The notes under the pieces were generated by a model. The model was not told the origin of the DNA. It made no database searches and saw only the letters and a program-made list of their open reading frames with translations. DNA of 61,870 nucleotides, from contig JBAZWR010000003.1 of assembly GCA_041660325.1 (NCBI GenBank), positions 1 to 61,870 of the forward strand. Reading direction: 5' to 3'. Made by a program: the position numbers and the translations under genes. Below, piece after piece: positions 1 through 8,400 of this stretch; position 1 is the first letter of the stretch; each line of letters opens with the position of its first letter. The DNA is from Thermodesulfovibrionales bacterium (lineage in GTDB: Bacteria > Nitrospirota > Thermodesulfovibrionia > Thermodesulfovibrionales > SM23-35).

Positions 1-2
1 GC

Positions 3-560
3 GGTGCAAAGACAGGAGATGATATACTTCTTACCAAAGCTATAGCTATTGAGGGCACATCCGTTATTGCTCGCCGCAAGGGAAAAGCTCTGGGAGCCGT
101 CTTTGGCTCAGGTTTTGTTCAAAAGTGCAAGGGCTTTGTAGAAAGCCCCGGAATCAGTATTCTCAAAGATGCGGAAATTGCAGTACGATATGGTGACATT
201 CACTCCATGCACGATCCAACTGAGGGAGGTCTCGCAACCGGTCTCTTTGAGGTTGCAACTGCTGCAGACGTGGGACTGATTGTTGAAGAAGAATGTATTC
301 CTGTGTTTCCGGAGTGTCAGACCTTATGCAGGCACTACGGATTGGACCCCCTCGGCCTTATCGCATCAGGTTCATTGCTTATTGCAATCAATCCTCGTGA
401 CACCGAAAAGGTTTTGGAGGCGTTGAACAATAACGGCATACCTGCTACAAAGATAGGAAAAATCCTGTCAAAAGAATATGGCCTGAAGATAAAGAAGCGT
501 AATGAGGTTTTAGAACTGCCTGTTTTTGACCGGGATGAGATAACAAAGATATTTGATTGA
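3..560 (+). CDS. AIR synthase-related (PurM/HypE/ThiL superfamily) protein, C-terminal part; 5' end cut by window edge
   Basis: Frame 3 is open from the window edge. The translation GAKTGDDILLTKAIAIEGTS...HSMHDPTEGGLATGLFEVA...LIASGSLLIAI resembles the PurM-like C-terminal domain, including the DPTEGG motif. Confidence 0.7.
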   Translation, partial: GAKTGDDILLTKAIAIEGTSVIARRKGKALGAVFGSGFVQKCKGFVESPGISILKDAEIAVRYGDIHSMHDPTEGGLATGLFEVATAADVGLIVEEECIPVFPECQTLCRHYGLDPLGLIASGSLLIAINPRDTEKVLEALNNNGIPATKIGKILSKEYGLKIKKRNEVLELPVFDRDEITKIFD

Positions 561-657
561 TCCCCCTTGTCGAATGAATCATTTTATTTATTTAGTCACA
601 TATTGACTTGAGCTTCACTGATTGTTAGTATGGAGGCATCAATATTGAAGTGTTTGA

Positions 658-783
658 CGGATTGCAGATGTCCCGATTGATTGTAGTGGATTTGAGATAC
701 CGGACAAATATGTGGTCGGTTATGGACTGGACTGTGAAAATAGATTTAGAAATCTGTCATACATAGCCTTTTTGGAGCAGTAA
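658..783 (+). pseudogene. hpt: C-terminal remnant of hypoxanthine phosphoribosyltransferase (hpt)
   Basis: A 41-codon open stretch has no start codon. It translates to RIADVPIDCSGFEIPDKYVVGYGLDCENRFRNLSYIAFLEQ*. The FEIPDxFVVGYGLDxxxxYRNLxxI block is the hallmark HPRT C-terminus. An in-frame TGA lies directly upstream and no N-terminal PRPP motif is present. Confidence 0.5.
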
Positions 784-832
784 ATTATGCTGATTTAGCT
801 TTATTAACCATCGTAATAGGGAAGGAGGGGTC

Positions 833-1138
833 ATGCTTGTAGAATTCAGTATAATACCAATAGGTTCCAGCAGCAGTATCGGTGACCAAATTGCAGAAGT
901 TTTAAGGATAGTTGATGCAAGTGGTCTCCCTTATAAAATCAATCCCATGGGCACCGTAGTAGAAGGCGAATGGGATGAGATAGTGAAGCTCATCAAGAAA
1001 TGTCACAAGAAAGTGATGACGAGTGAAGATCGCATTGTCACAACGATATCGATTGATGATAGAAAAGGGAAGCCCAACAGGATAGAAGAAAAAGTTAAAT
1101 CAATAGAAAGAAGGATCGGGAAATCTTTGAAAAAATAA
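833..1138 (+). CDS. MTH1187/YkoF-family (DUF77) thiamine-binding-like protein
   Basis: 101 aa. The N-terminus MLVEFSIIPIGSSSSIGDQIAEVLRIVDASGLPYKINPMGTVVEGEWDEI is typical of this family. A GGAGGGG Shine-Dalgarno sequence lies upstream. Confidence 0.75.
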   Translation: MLVEFSIIPIGSSSSIGDQIAEVLRIVDASGLPYKINPMGTVVEGEWDEIVKLIKKCHKKVMTSEDRIVTTISIDDRKGKPNRIEEKVKSIERRIGKSLKK

Positions 1139-1291
1139 ACAATAAACATTTCATCAGGAAATAATAATATCCTTCCTGCTACTATTTAAATTATTTTTGT
1201 CCCGAGGTTGTTCCGGAAATACCCCTTATCTTTGTGAGCTTAAGTTTGAGATGTAGAATAGGGCTATGAAGTTTGATAGAGTAAACTTACC

Positions 1292-2392
1292 GTGATAGAA
1301 ATAGATGGAAGCTATAGAGAGGGCGGCGGACAGATCCTCCGGACGTCATTGAGCCTTTCCTGTCTTTTCCGAAAGCCTTTCAGAATATGCAATATCAGGA
1401 AGGGGCGCAAGAAGCCCGGACTTATGCCGCAGCACCTTACGGCTGTCAGGGCTGCTCAACTGATGTCCGATGCGGAGGTTATTGGTGACGGGACAGGATC
1501 GACAGAGCTTTCATTTTCCCCCGGTGAAGTAAAAAGCGGAGATTTTTTCTTTGATATCGGGACGGCGGGTTCCACCTCACTGGTCCTTCAGACACTGATC
1601 CCTGCTGTTGTTTTTTCAAATATATCGCATGACCCCTTCCTCTCCCCTTTATTAAAGAGGGGGAAGGTGGGACTAACAAAAGAAAAGACCACATTTACCC
1701 TGAAAGGAGGCACCCATGTCCCGTTCAGCCCGTCATTTCATTATCTCTGCGGGGTCTTTGCCCCCGTCTTAACAATGATCGGCATAAGAATCGAGCTTTC
1801 AATAGAGTCTCATGGATTTTATCCAAAAGGTGGCGGGAAGGTCAGGGCGGAAATTTTTCTTCCGAAAAATATCAGGCCGTTGAAGGCTATGCGACGAGGG
1901 AAGATCCTAAAGCTGAAAGGTTATTCCGGAGTCGGCAATCTTCCTTTCTCGATAGCGGAAAGGCAGCGGAGTGCGCTATTGGATAAGGTATATTCCGGAA
2001 TAAGAGATCTTAAGTGTCCTGTTGAAATTGAACTGCAGAACGTATCAACCCCCGGACAGGGAACGTTTGTTTTCCTCCGGTCGGAATCCGAAAATTCCAT
2101 GGCAGGCTTTACATCTCTTGGTGAGAGGGGAAAGAAAGCCGAGGTTGTAGGCGCCGAGGCCGCAAAAGGGTTTCTTGACTATTATTCCACTGGGGCAGCA
2201 CTGGACCCGCACATGTCTGATCAGATCGTTTTATACCTGGCGATGTGTAAAGAAGAATCAGAGTTCAGCACTTCCCGCATAACGGAACATCTTATGACAA
2301 ATTTGTGGGTAATAAGCTTGTTCCATGAATATCGGTACTCAGTTGAGGGCGATGTCGGACAAGCGGGCACAGTGAGAATTTACAAACTTTGA
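1292..2392 (+). CDS. rtcA: RNA 3'-terminal phosphate cyclase
   Basis: 366 aa with a GTG start. The motifs IEIDGSYREGGGQILRTSLSLS and GFYPKGGG are RtcA signatures. It carries an extra roughly 21-aa segment, described under findings. Confidence 0.9.
   Translation: MIEIDGSYREGGGQILRTSLSLSCLFRKPFRICNIRKGRKKPGLMPQHLTAVRAAQLMSDAEVIGDGTGSTELSFSPGEVKSGDFFFDIGTAGSTSLVLQTLIPAVVFSNISHDPFLSPLLKRGKVGLTKEKTTFTLKGGTHVPFSPSFHYLCGVFAPVLTMIGIRIELSIESHGFYPKGGGKVRAEIFLPKNIRPLKAMRRGKILKLKGYSGVGNLPFSIAERQRSALLDKVYSGIRDLKCPVEIELQNVSTPGQGTFVFLRSESENSMAGFTSLGERGKKAEVVGAEAAKGFLDYYSTGAALDPHMSDQIVLYLAMCKEESEFSTSRITEHLMTNLWVISLFHEYRYSVEGDVGQAGTVRIYKL
1633..1671. repeat. Imperfect palindromic element inserted in frame within rtcA
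   Basis: ccccttcctctcccctttattaaagagggggaaggtggg. The arms CCTTCC..CCCCTTTA and TAAAG.GGGG..GGAAGG pair. It encodes PFLSPLLKRGKVG within a loop that is longer than in the canonical RtcA as I recall it. Confidence 0.5.
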
Positions 2393-2794
2393 TCTGCATA
2401 TAACGATTAAAATTCTTCGGGCAATCGCTGAGGTCTCCCGTCTTTGTTGATGAAATCAATAAACCGCGTGATCATAGGATTTTTATTCATACATCCTATT
2501 ACGATAATCGAATAGGTCTTAATATTTAAAAAATGCATTGCGGGAAACATCCATTTTATGATACGTTCTTAATTATGGATTAAGATGGAAGATTTTGGTA
2601 TGAAAAAAGGAAAGATTACCTTTACCAGCAGAGCTCCAAAACAACGGGTTGAACTGTGGGAAAAATTAAAGTAACAAACACATAGTGTCAGTTAGAGTCA
2701 GTGCGAAGATACTCTTAAAAATATTCGTGAAATCCATTTGCTAAAGAAGATGGCGAATACGGGAATAATGATATATAGAGAAAGGAGGAATAAA

Positions 2795-3025
2795 ATGGAC
2801 TTATACAAAGAGATATCAAAAGTGGCATATGAACTGTATCAAAAAAGTGGGAAAGCGGAAGGTCGTGACGACGACAACTGGTTTGAAGCAGAGAGGATTG
2901 TCATGGCACAGCACAGAGTAGAAGAAAAGCTTGAAGCAGAATCGTCCTCTCCTCCAAAAAAGAAAAAGGAATCGACAACAAAAAGAAGCATCAATAAAGC
3001 TGAAACAAAAAAGAAGAAGAACTGA
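2795..3025 (+). CDS. DUF2934-like small protein with a Lys-rich tail
   Basis: The block AYELYQKSGKAEGRDDDNWFEAERIV matches the DUF2934 core. I chose the ATG at 2795 because AAAGGAGG lies 6 nt upstream; the ORF track starts at 2738. Confidence 0.6.
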   Translation: MDLYKEISKVAYELYQKSGKAEGRDDDNWFEAERIVMAQHRVEEKLEAESSSPPKKKKESTTKRSINKAETKKKKN

Positions 3026-3101
3026 GGAATAGTCCTAACAATAGACATTCAGTAAAGTTCTCTGCAAAAAAATCAATCTCAGAAACAACAGGAGGTGTAT
3101 T

Positions 3102-3608
3102 ATGGCAAAGGAAGAAAAAAAAGAATTGGCGAAGGTTGAATCAACAAAAGCTCTATCACCTTTTCAGGAGATGGAAAAACGGTTTGAAGAAATGGAAAAA
3201 CGGTTTGAAGATTTTATTAGAAGACCATTTTCATCGATGCCATCTTGGCTGCCACGGTTGAGGATGCCTGAAGTAGAAGAAGTTGTTCCATCTGTGGATA
3301 TAGTAAAAGAAGGCGATGATATAGTGGTAAAGGCAGAATTGCCGGGAATGAAAAAAGAAGATATTGATGTAAGTCTGACTAAAGATACCATAACCATTTC
3401 CGGAGAGAAGAAGAAAGAGGAAAAGATTGAAAAAAAGGATTATTACAGTCTTGAGCGCTCCTATGGCTCTTTCAAGCGTTCATTCAGTCTTCCTGCAGAG
3501 GTCCAGACTGAAAAGGCATCTGCAAAATTCAAAGATGGGGTACTGGAGATAAGAATACCAAAGACCGAAGAAGCTAAGAAAAAAGAGAAAAAAGTAATCA
3601 TTGAATAA
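3102..3608 (+). CDS. Hsp20/alpha-crystallin family small heat-shock protein
   Basis: 168 aa with an alpha-crystallin domain: PSVDIVKEGDDIVVKAELPGMKKEDIDVSL...SFKRSFSLP...AKFKDGVLEIRIPK. A GGAGG Shine-Dalgarno sequence is present. Confidence 0.9.
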   Translation: MAKEEKKELAKVESTKALSPFQEMEKRFEEMEKRFEDFIRRPFSSMPSWLPRLRMPEVEEVVPSVDIVKEGDDIVVKAELPGMKKEDIDVSLTKDTITISGEKKKEEKIEKKDYYSLERSYGSFKRSFSLPAEVQTEKASAKFKDGVLEIRIPKTEEAKKKEKKVIIE

Positions 3609-3632
3609 TACACGGGAAGGGAGTTTAGGAAA

Positions 3633-3917
3633 ATGGCATATTATGTAATTCTCAGCAAATTAACCGATGAAGGGAGGAAGACCCTTAAGGAGAAACCTTC
3701 GAGGATATTTGAGGTTAACAAGGAATTGGAGGCTATGGGGGTAAAGGTCAAGGAGCAGTTTGCTGTGTTAGGTCTCTACGATTTTGTGAATATCATCGAG
3801 GCGCCAGATAATCTGACTATTATGAAGGCATCTGCGGAGATCGGATCGAGAGGTTCTGTAGAGATCCTTACATTACCTGCAATTCCAATAGGGGAACTTG
3901 TGAAGAAATTGAAATAA
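3633..3917 (+). CDS. GYD domain protein
   Basis: 94 aa. MAYYVILSKLTDEGRKTLKE...VLGLYDFVNIIEAPDN matches the GYD family pattern. Confidence 0.75.
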   Translation: MAYYVILSKLTDEGRKTLKEKPSRIFEVNKELEAMGVKVKEQFAVLGLYDFVNIIEAPDNLTIMKASAEIGSRGSVEILTLPAIPIGELVKKLK

Positions 3918-4037
3918 AATTATCTCGCAAATTTGAGAGCGAAATCATCTCTCTGATTCCATTATGAACTCGCAAACATTAAGAAGTGGTGATAGAATTA
4001 TCTTGTAAGATGTTTTTTTATCTACCTTGGAGTTGAT

Positions 4038-5342
4038 ATGTTCACTGATAGAAGAGATGCAGGGCTCCAGCTCGCCGAAAAGCTAAAACATTATAAGAGC
4101 TGCAAGGGTGTTCTTGTTCTGGTACTGCCGCGGGGCGGGGCAGTGCCGGGGTACGAAATTGCCCGCGCCATCGGCGCGCCTCTTGATGTCCTTATTGTGA
4201 GAAAAATAGGGTTTCCAGGCCAGTTAGAGCTTGCCATAGGCGCGGTCTCCGAGACGGGCGCTGTGGTCTTGAATCAGCGCATTATCTCCGATGGAGGAGT
4301 AACAAAGAAATACATCGAAGATGAAATATCCGCGCAGAAAAAGGAAATAGATCGCAGAATAAGATTGTATAGGGGCGGCAGGCGGCTTGGATTTGAAGAG
4401 GTGGAGGGGAAGACGATTATACTGGTCGATGATGGCGTAGCCACCGGGGCCACAATGAAGGCTGCAATCGCCACATTGAAAGAGGAGAAGATAAAGAGGC
4501 TCATTGTAGCTGTTCCTGTGTCCCCGCTCGAAACTGCCGATGAGCTTAGGGCGATGGCCGATGAGTTCATCTGCCTCTACACACCATCAGATTTCATGGC
4601 CGTAGGGAACTATTATCGGGATTTTACTCAGGTTAGCGATGAAGAAGTGGCAGAGATTCTAAAAGAATGGAAAGCTTTGAAGGAGGGGGATAGAATGGCT
4701 GAAGAAAAACGGGTAAAGATTCCGGCTGATTCCGTGAAGCTTGAAGGCATTCTTACAATTCCAAAGGATGCACTATCATTGGTAATATTCGCTCACGGCA
4801 GCGGCAGCAGCCGGTTAAGCCCGAGAAATAGGCTCGTTGCAGGGGTTCTGCAAAAGGCAGGTATGGGCACTCTGCTCTTTGATCTCTTGACCGCACAGGA
4901 GGACAAGCTCTATGAAAACCGCTTTGATATCCCTCTGCTCACAGGGCGCCTGAAGGCTGCTACACTGTGGGCCAAGGGACAGCCAGGGATCGCACAGTTG
5001 AAGCTATGCTATTTTGGCGCCAGTACCGGAACCGCAGTTGCGTTGGTTGCTGCCGCAGACTTCGGTAAAGAGATCAAGGCCATCGTCTCAAGGGGCGGAA
5101 GGCCGGACCTTGCAGGGAATGCCCTTGGAAAAGCCATGGCCCCTACGCTTCTCATTGTAGGAGGCGAAGACCACGTAGTTATAGAGCTTAACAAAACGGC
5201 ATACGACATGATAAAGGCGGAGAAGCAACTGAAGATAATACCTGGCGCTACACATCTCTTTGAAGAGCCTGGAACATTGGAGGAAGCAGCACGCCTTGCC
5301 GCGGATTGGTTCAAGAAGTATCTTATTACTACGCAGGATTGA
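4038..5342 (+). CDS. Phosphoribosyltransferase domain fused to a dienelactone-hydrolase-like alpha/beta hydrolase
   Basis: The N-terminal half has the PRPP-binding loop TIILVDDGVATGATM. The C-terminal half has VIFAHGSGSSRLSPRN and a GASTG nucleophile-elbow-like motif. Confidence 0.7.
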   Translation: MFTDRRDAGLQLAEKLKHYKSCKGVLVLVLPRGGAVPGYEIARAIGAPLDVLIVRKIGFPGQLELAIGAVSETGAVVLNQRIISDGGVTKKYIEDEISAQKKEIDRRIRLYRGGRRLGFEEVEGKTIILVDDGVATGATMKAAIATLKEEKIKRLIVAVPVSPLETADELRAMADEFICLYTPSDFMAVGNYYRDFTQVSDEEVAEILKEWKALKEGDRMAEEKRVKIPADSVKLEGILTIPKDALSLVIFAHGSGSSRLSPRNRLVAGVLQKAGMGTLLFDLLTAQEDKLYENRFDIPLLTGRLKAATLWAKGQPGIAQLKLCYFGASTGTAVALVAAADFGKEIKAIVSRGGRPDLAGNALGKAMAPTLLIVGGEDHVVIELNKTAYDMIKAEKQLKIIPGATHLFEEPGTLEEAARLAADWFKKYLITTQD

Positions 5343-5567
5343 AAGTTGACAACCACTGTCTGTCAGGAGCAGCAGCAATTACTGATGAGATTGAATCGAG
5401 AGGACCAATTATTGTTGAAGGAGTTGGAATTACCGAGTAGGCAGGAAAAATCAAACCTGTTCCTTTTATCTTTGCCGGCGTAATAATATTTATTTTAGGT
5501 GGTTATCTGATTTTTTTTGATGAGGTGATAAGTGCTTTTACCTATTAAGGGGCGATTTAGATGTTAT

Positions 5568-6149
5568 ATGCCCTCTTGGAGAAGCGTCGTTAGGGATTCC
5601 AAAACGCTCTCGAGTTTAATCAAGAATTCCGGATTTGATCCTAATATAGTCGTGGCAATATGCAGAGGAGGGCTTGTTCCGGCGAGGCTTGTGTGTGACT
5701 TCCTTCACATTAAGGATTTGACCACCATCAAAGTGGAACACTGGGGGATGGTTGCCACCCCTACTGAAAAAGCGGTTATCAAATTCCCCCTCTATGTGGA
5801 CATTAAAGATAAACGGGTTTTACTTGTAGATGATATAACAGATACCGGTGATACACTGAGGGTCTCCCTTGAGCATCTCAAAAAATTTGAGCCGAAAGAA
5901 ATAAAGACTGCCGTGCTTATACATAAAATTATCTCGGCTTTTCAGCCGGACTACTATGTAAGAAAAATAACTCAATGGCGGTGGGTTATATTCCCCTGGC
6001 ACATATGGGAAGACCTCACAGTCCTCATTAAAAATATAAAGGCCATTGGGATATGTTGTGAAGAAGACATCCGACGTGAACTGAAGAGCAAATATAATAT
6101 TGAGGTACAAATTGAAACGATCAAAGAGATTTTGTCGGAAATTAAGTGA
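5568..6149 (+). CDS. Phosphoribosyltransferase (xanthine/guanine PRT-like)
   Basis: It has the PRPP loop VLLVDDITDTGDTL and the motif PNIVVAICRGGLVPARL. I chose the ATG at 5568; the ORF track gives a GTG at 5532. Confidence 0.7.
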   Translation: MPSWRSVVRDSKTLSSLIKNSGFDPNIVVAICRGGLVPARLVCDFLHIKDLTTIKVEHWGMVATPTEKAVIKFPLYVDIKDKRVLLVDDITDTGDTLRVSLEHLKKFEPKEIKTAVLIHKIISAFQPDYYVRKITQWRWVIFPWHIWEDLTVLIKNIKAIGICCEEDIRRELKSKYNIEVQIETIKEILSEIK

Positions 6150-6484
6150 TTGACGATTAACATTCAATATGAGGAATAAATATAATATGATAGTGCGCCG
6201 GATCCTTTGAGGTAAAGAATGTGCTTGTTAGATATCAATATGAAGAAACAAGGCGCCCTTATTTAGGGATAAGGTCTTGGTCGAAAAAGCGTATTTCAGT
6301 GTCAGATAAATATTAAGAAATGATTAAAGAAACAATTATTTTAACTTGGCTTTAAGACTGCTCCATGCCTTCCGCTTGCAAAAGTAAAAGAGGTAGCATT
6401 GGTAGTAGGCTCAACGTTCCGCTACTCCATACGTATTGATTCTTACCGTTAATCCGCAATATTGGAACCCTATGAAAAGTATTT

Positions 6485-6553
6485 TTAAGCGGATGCAATG
6501 AGAAGCTCCAGATAATCCAAGATCCTCCCGGCGATCTCTCCATGTCTTGTCAT
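6485..6553 (-). CDS. 22-codon ORF with a strong Shine-Dalgarno sequence just after the archaemetzincin stop (possible small peptide or decayed wHTH gene)
   Basis: GAAAGGAGG lies 5 nt upstream of the ATG and overlaps the upstream TGA stop. The translation is MTRHGEIAGRILDYLELLIASA*. Confidence 0.2.
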   Translation of the reverse strand: MTRHGEIAGRILDYLELLIASA

Positions 6554-6565
6554 ACTAACCTCCTT

Positions 6566-7090
6566 TCAGATGCCAAGCGTTTCTTTGCAGATATCGCAGA
6601 ATCCCGGACTTTTTTTATCCGTATCACTGATCCTGTTAGAGAAATACATTATGCATTCGGGATGAGAACAATGGTCAAGGCCGTAAACATGCCCAAGTTC
6701 GTGAATTGCCTCTTTAGCGGCCCGCTCTTTCAGCAGATCTTTGTCCCGAGGAAGCCCGTAAAACTCCTGCCTGAGTCTCCAGAGAGAAATAATGGCAACT
6801 CCTGCGTATGGATCAGCCTCTCCGAAGACGTAATTGAGCTTTGAGGCATAAAGGTCAGCATCTATGATACCGAGCAGAATCTCCATGTTTCTCTGTTTAT
6901 AGACGATCATCTTTTTGAGAACGGCAGTGGCGTAATACTGCTCTCTCAGGGCATTGTAGGAATCCGGAGGGATTGATATCTTTCGATCCACTTCGGCTTT
7001 TGTATGAAATTTAGTTCCGACAGCAGCAGAGATACTCAGAAGAAATTCAGGATCCACCTTCCCGATGGGCATAATGATGATTCTTTTCAT
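6566..7090 (-). CDS. amzA: Archaemetzincin (peptidase M54)
   Basis: HELGHVYGLDHCSHPECIMYFSNRISDTDKKSPGFCDIC matches the archaemetzincin zinc and Cys4 signature HExxHxxGxxxCxxxxCxM...CxxC. Confidence 0.8.
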   Translation of the reverse strand: MKRIIIMPIGKVDPEFLLSISAAVGTKFHTKAEVDRKISIPPDSYNALREQYYATAVLKKMIVYKQRNMEILLGIIDADLYASKLNYVFGEADPYAGVAIISLWRLRQEFYGLPRDKDLLKERAAKEAIHELGHVYGLDHCSHPECIMYFSNRISDTDKKSPGFCDICKETLGI

Positions 7091-7103
7091 AAATAAGCCT
7101 CAA

Positions 7104-7610
7104 TCATTTGCATCCTACAGGAATAATTGGAAAAGATCCCCCGGAACGATAGGCAGCTATCCTGATTCTATACTTCCCGGACCTTGCTTGACAGTAATAA
7201 AGAGACTGCTGCAAAGGACTATCACTCACCCAGATTGTTGCAGTAATTTCAAGAAGAGTCTTGTAGTTTTCAGAGATTGGGTATTTATCATCCTCTGATA
7301 ATGTAGAAGATATGGTATTTGCTACCTCATTATGGGTATGAAATGATCCGAGAAATCTAAGATGAAGTTTTTTGACAAACTTCTTAATAAATTCTTCGAT
7401 TCTGTAACTTTCCACCAATACAGACGTTCTTGTATATTTACCGCCTTTATATAAAATAGCATTAGTTACAAATATTGTATCTTCTTTTAAGCGACCGAGC
7501 AAAATCCCAAGCCGCTCTTGTTTGTAAGGTGTTGAATATCCATCTTTAGCTGCTTTAATAATATTTTCACAAGCCTTTTTTGATAATATGATATTTGAAA
7601 TATCAGACAT
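7104..7610 (-). CDS. JAB/MPN-domain metalloprotease-like protein
   Basis: A conserved Glu (KQERLGILLG) is followed by FHTHNEVANTISSTLSEDD, an H-x-H...S-x-x-D JAMM-like arrangement with non-canonical spacing. I chose the ATG at 7610 because of its GAAAGG Shine-Dalgarno sequence; the ORF track starts at a TTG at 7673. Confidence 0.45.
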   Translation of the reverse strand: MSDISNIILSKKACENIIKAAKDGYSTPYKQERLGILLGRLKEDTIFVTNAILYKGGKYTRTSVLVESYRIEEFIKKFVKKLHLRFLGSFHTHNEVANTISSTLSEDDKYPISENYKTLLEITATIWVSDSPLQQSLYYCQARSGKYRIRIAAYRSGGSFPIIPVGCK

Positions 7611-8400
7611 GACGCCTTTCTTCAGACTTTTCTTTTTTGAATAAGTTTTCATGATTTTTATGTCGAGGTCCAACTTTATTCCCCACGCCGGGGCCGGTTT
7701 TATTCCCCACTTTTTCCGGATTAAATTTTAGAACTCATCCGGCAGTTTTGTCCACTTCTGCCGTTTACTGACCTATCACCCCCTTTCTGATAGGAATCAT
7801 TTTGGGCAGGGAAAGCATCAAAGCAAACCGATCCCGGTTGTCAGCAACTCAATCAGAATCAGTTTGCGAACTGCACCTGGGACTTCCTGCACCCCGAGCT
7901 TACAGATTACTTCAAAAGTAAGATTCGCAGGTGACTTCATCAGGAATACTCGTAGGAGAGAATGCACTGAATAGGAACAGAAATTCAAGGAAAATGGGAC
8001 GGGTCTATTTAAAAGACTGCCTTCAGCGGAAAGCTAACAGAGTGCTTGAGTTCACCCCCAAAGGCTACCACATTCGCAAAATTCGAACTGGTACTTGCAC
8101 ATTTCTTCCATGAAATATTCATTAGATCATGCCGATTGAAACTGAGGAGTAGAAAGTTAAGTCCTCATCCCAAGCCGACCTTAAAAAGCTACGTATTCCA
8201 AAGTCTAATCCGCACCTTAATGACCAGTATCCGAAGTGCGCATTAGATGAAGAAAGTTTGAATCGTCAAGCCGGTCCATTTTTCACGCATTGCAGGTGTT
8301 ATGCGCACCCGATCATGATTAATCATATCGATAGTTTGAGAAAATATTCAACATTGCAACTGACATTGTCTGACAGGTCAAGTAGCTGAAATCCAGTTTT

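Noticed and set aside
560-832. A possible TPP riboswitch upstream of the thiamine-binding-like MTH1187 gene.
   Set aside because: No CUGAGA / ACCUGAUCUGGAUAAUGCCAGC-type core was seen. The region is better explained by the hpt remnant.
2692-2718. An inverted repeat, TTAGAGT-N12-ACTCTTAA, upstream of the DUF2934/Hsp20 genes. I considered it as a CIRCE (HrcA) operator.
   Set aside because: It does not match the CIRCE consensus TTAGCACTC-N9-GAGTGCTAA in sequence or spacing.
6352-6543. A 63-aa minus-strand ORF downstream of the archaemetzincin gene.
   Set aside because: It has no Shine-Dalgarno sequence and its composition is hydrophobic and low in complexity. It overlaps the better-supported 22-codon ORF in another frame and is possibly part of a frameshifted relic.
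8075-8095. A TTCGAA(T)-containing stretch that looked like a tRNA/tmRNA T-loop on the minus strand.
   Set aside because: The flanking bases cannot form a 5-bp T-stem. No acceptor or anticodon arms could be drawn.
7931-8246. Two overlapping 60-66 aa ORFs in the large gap upstream of the ftsK 3' end.
   Set aside because: They have no Shine-Dalgarno sequence, Arg/Ser/Thr-rich composition that is implausible for a protein, and no motif. I treat the region as non-coding or unknown (see findings).
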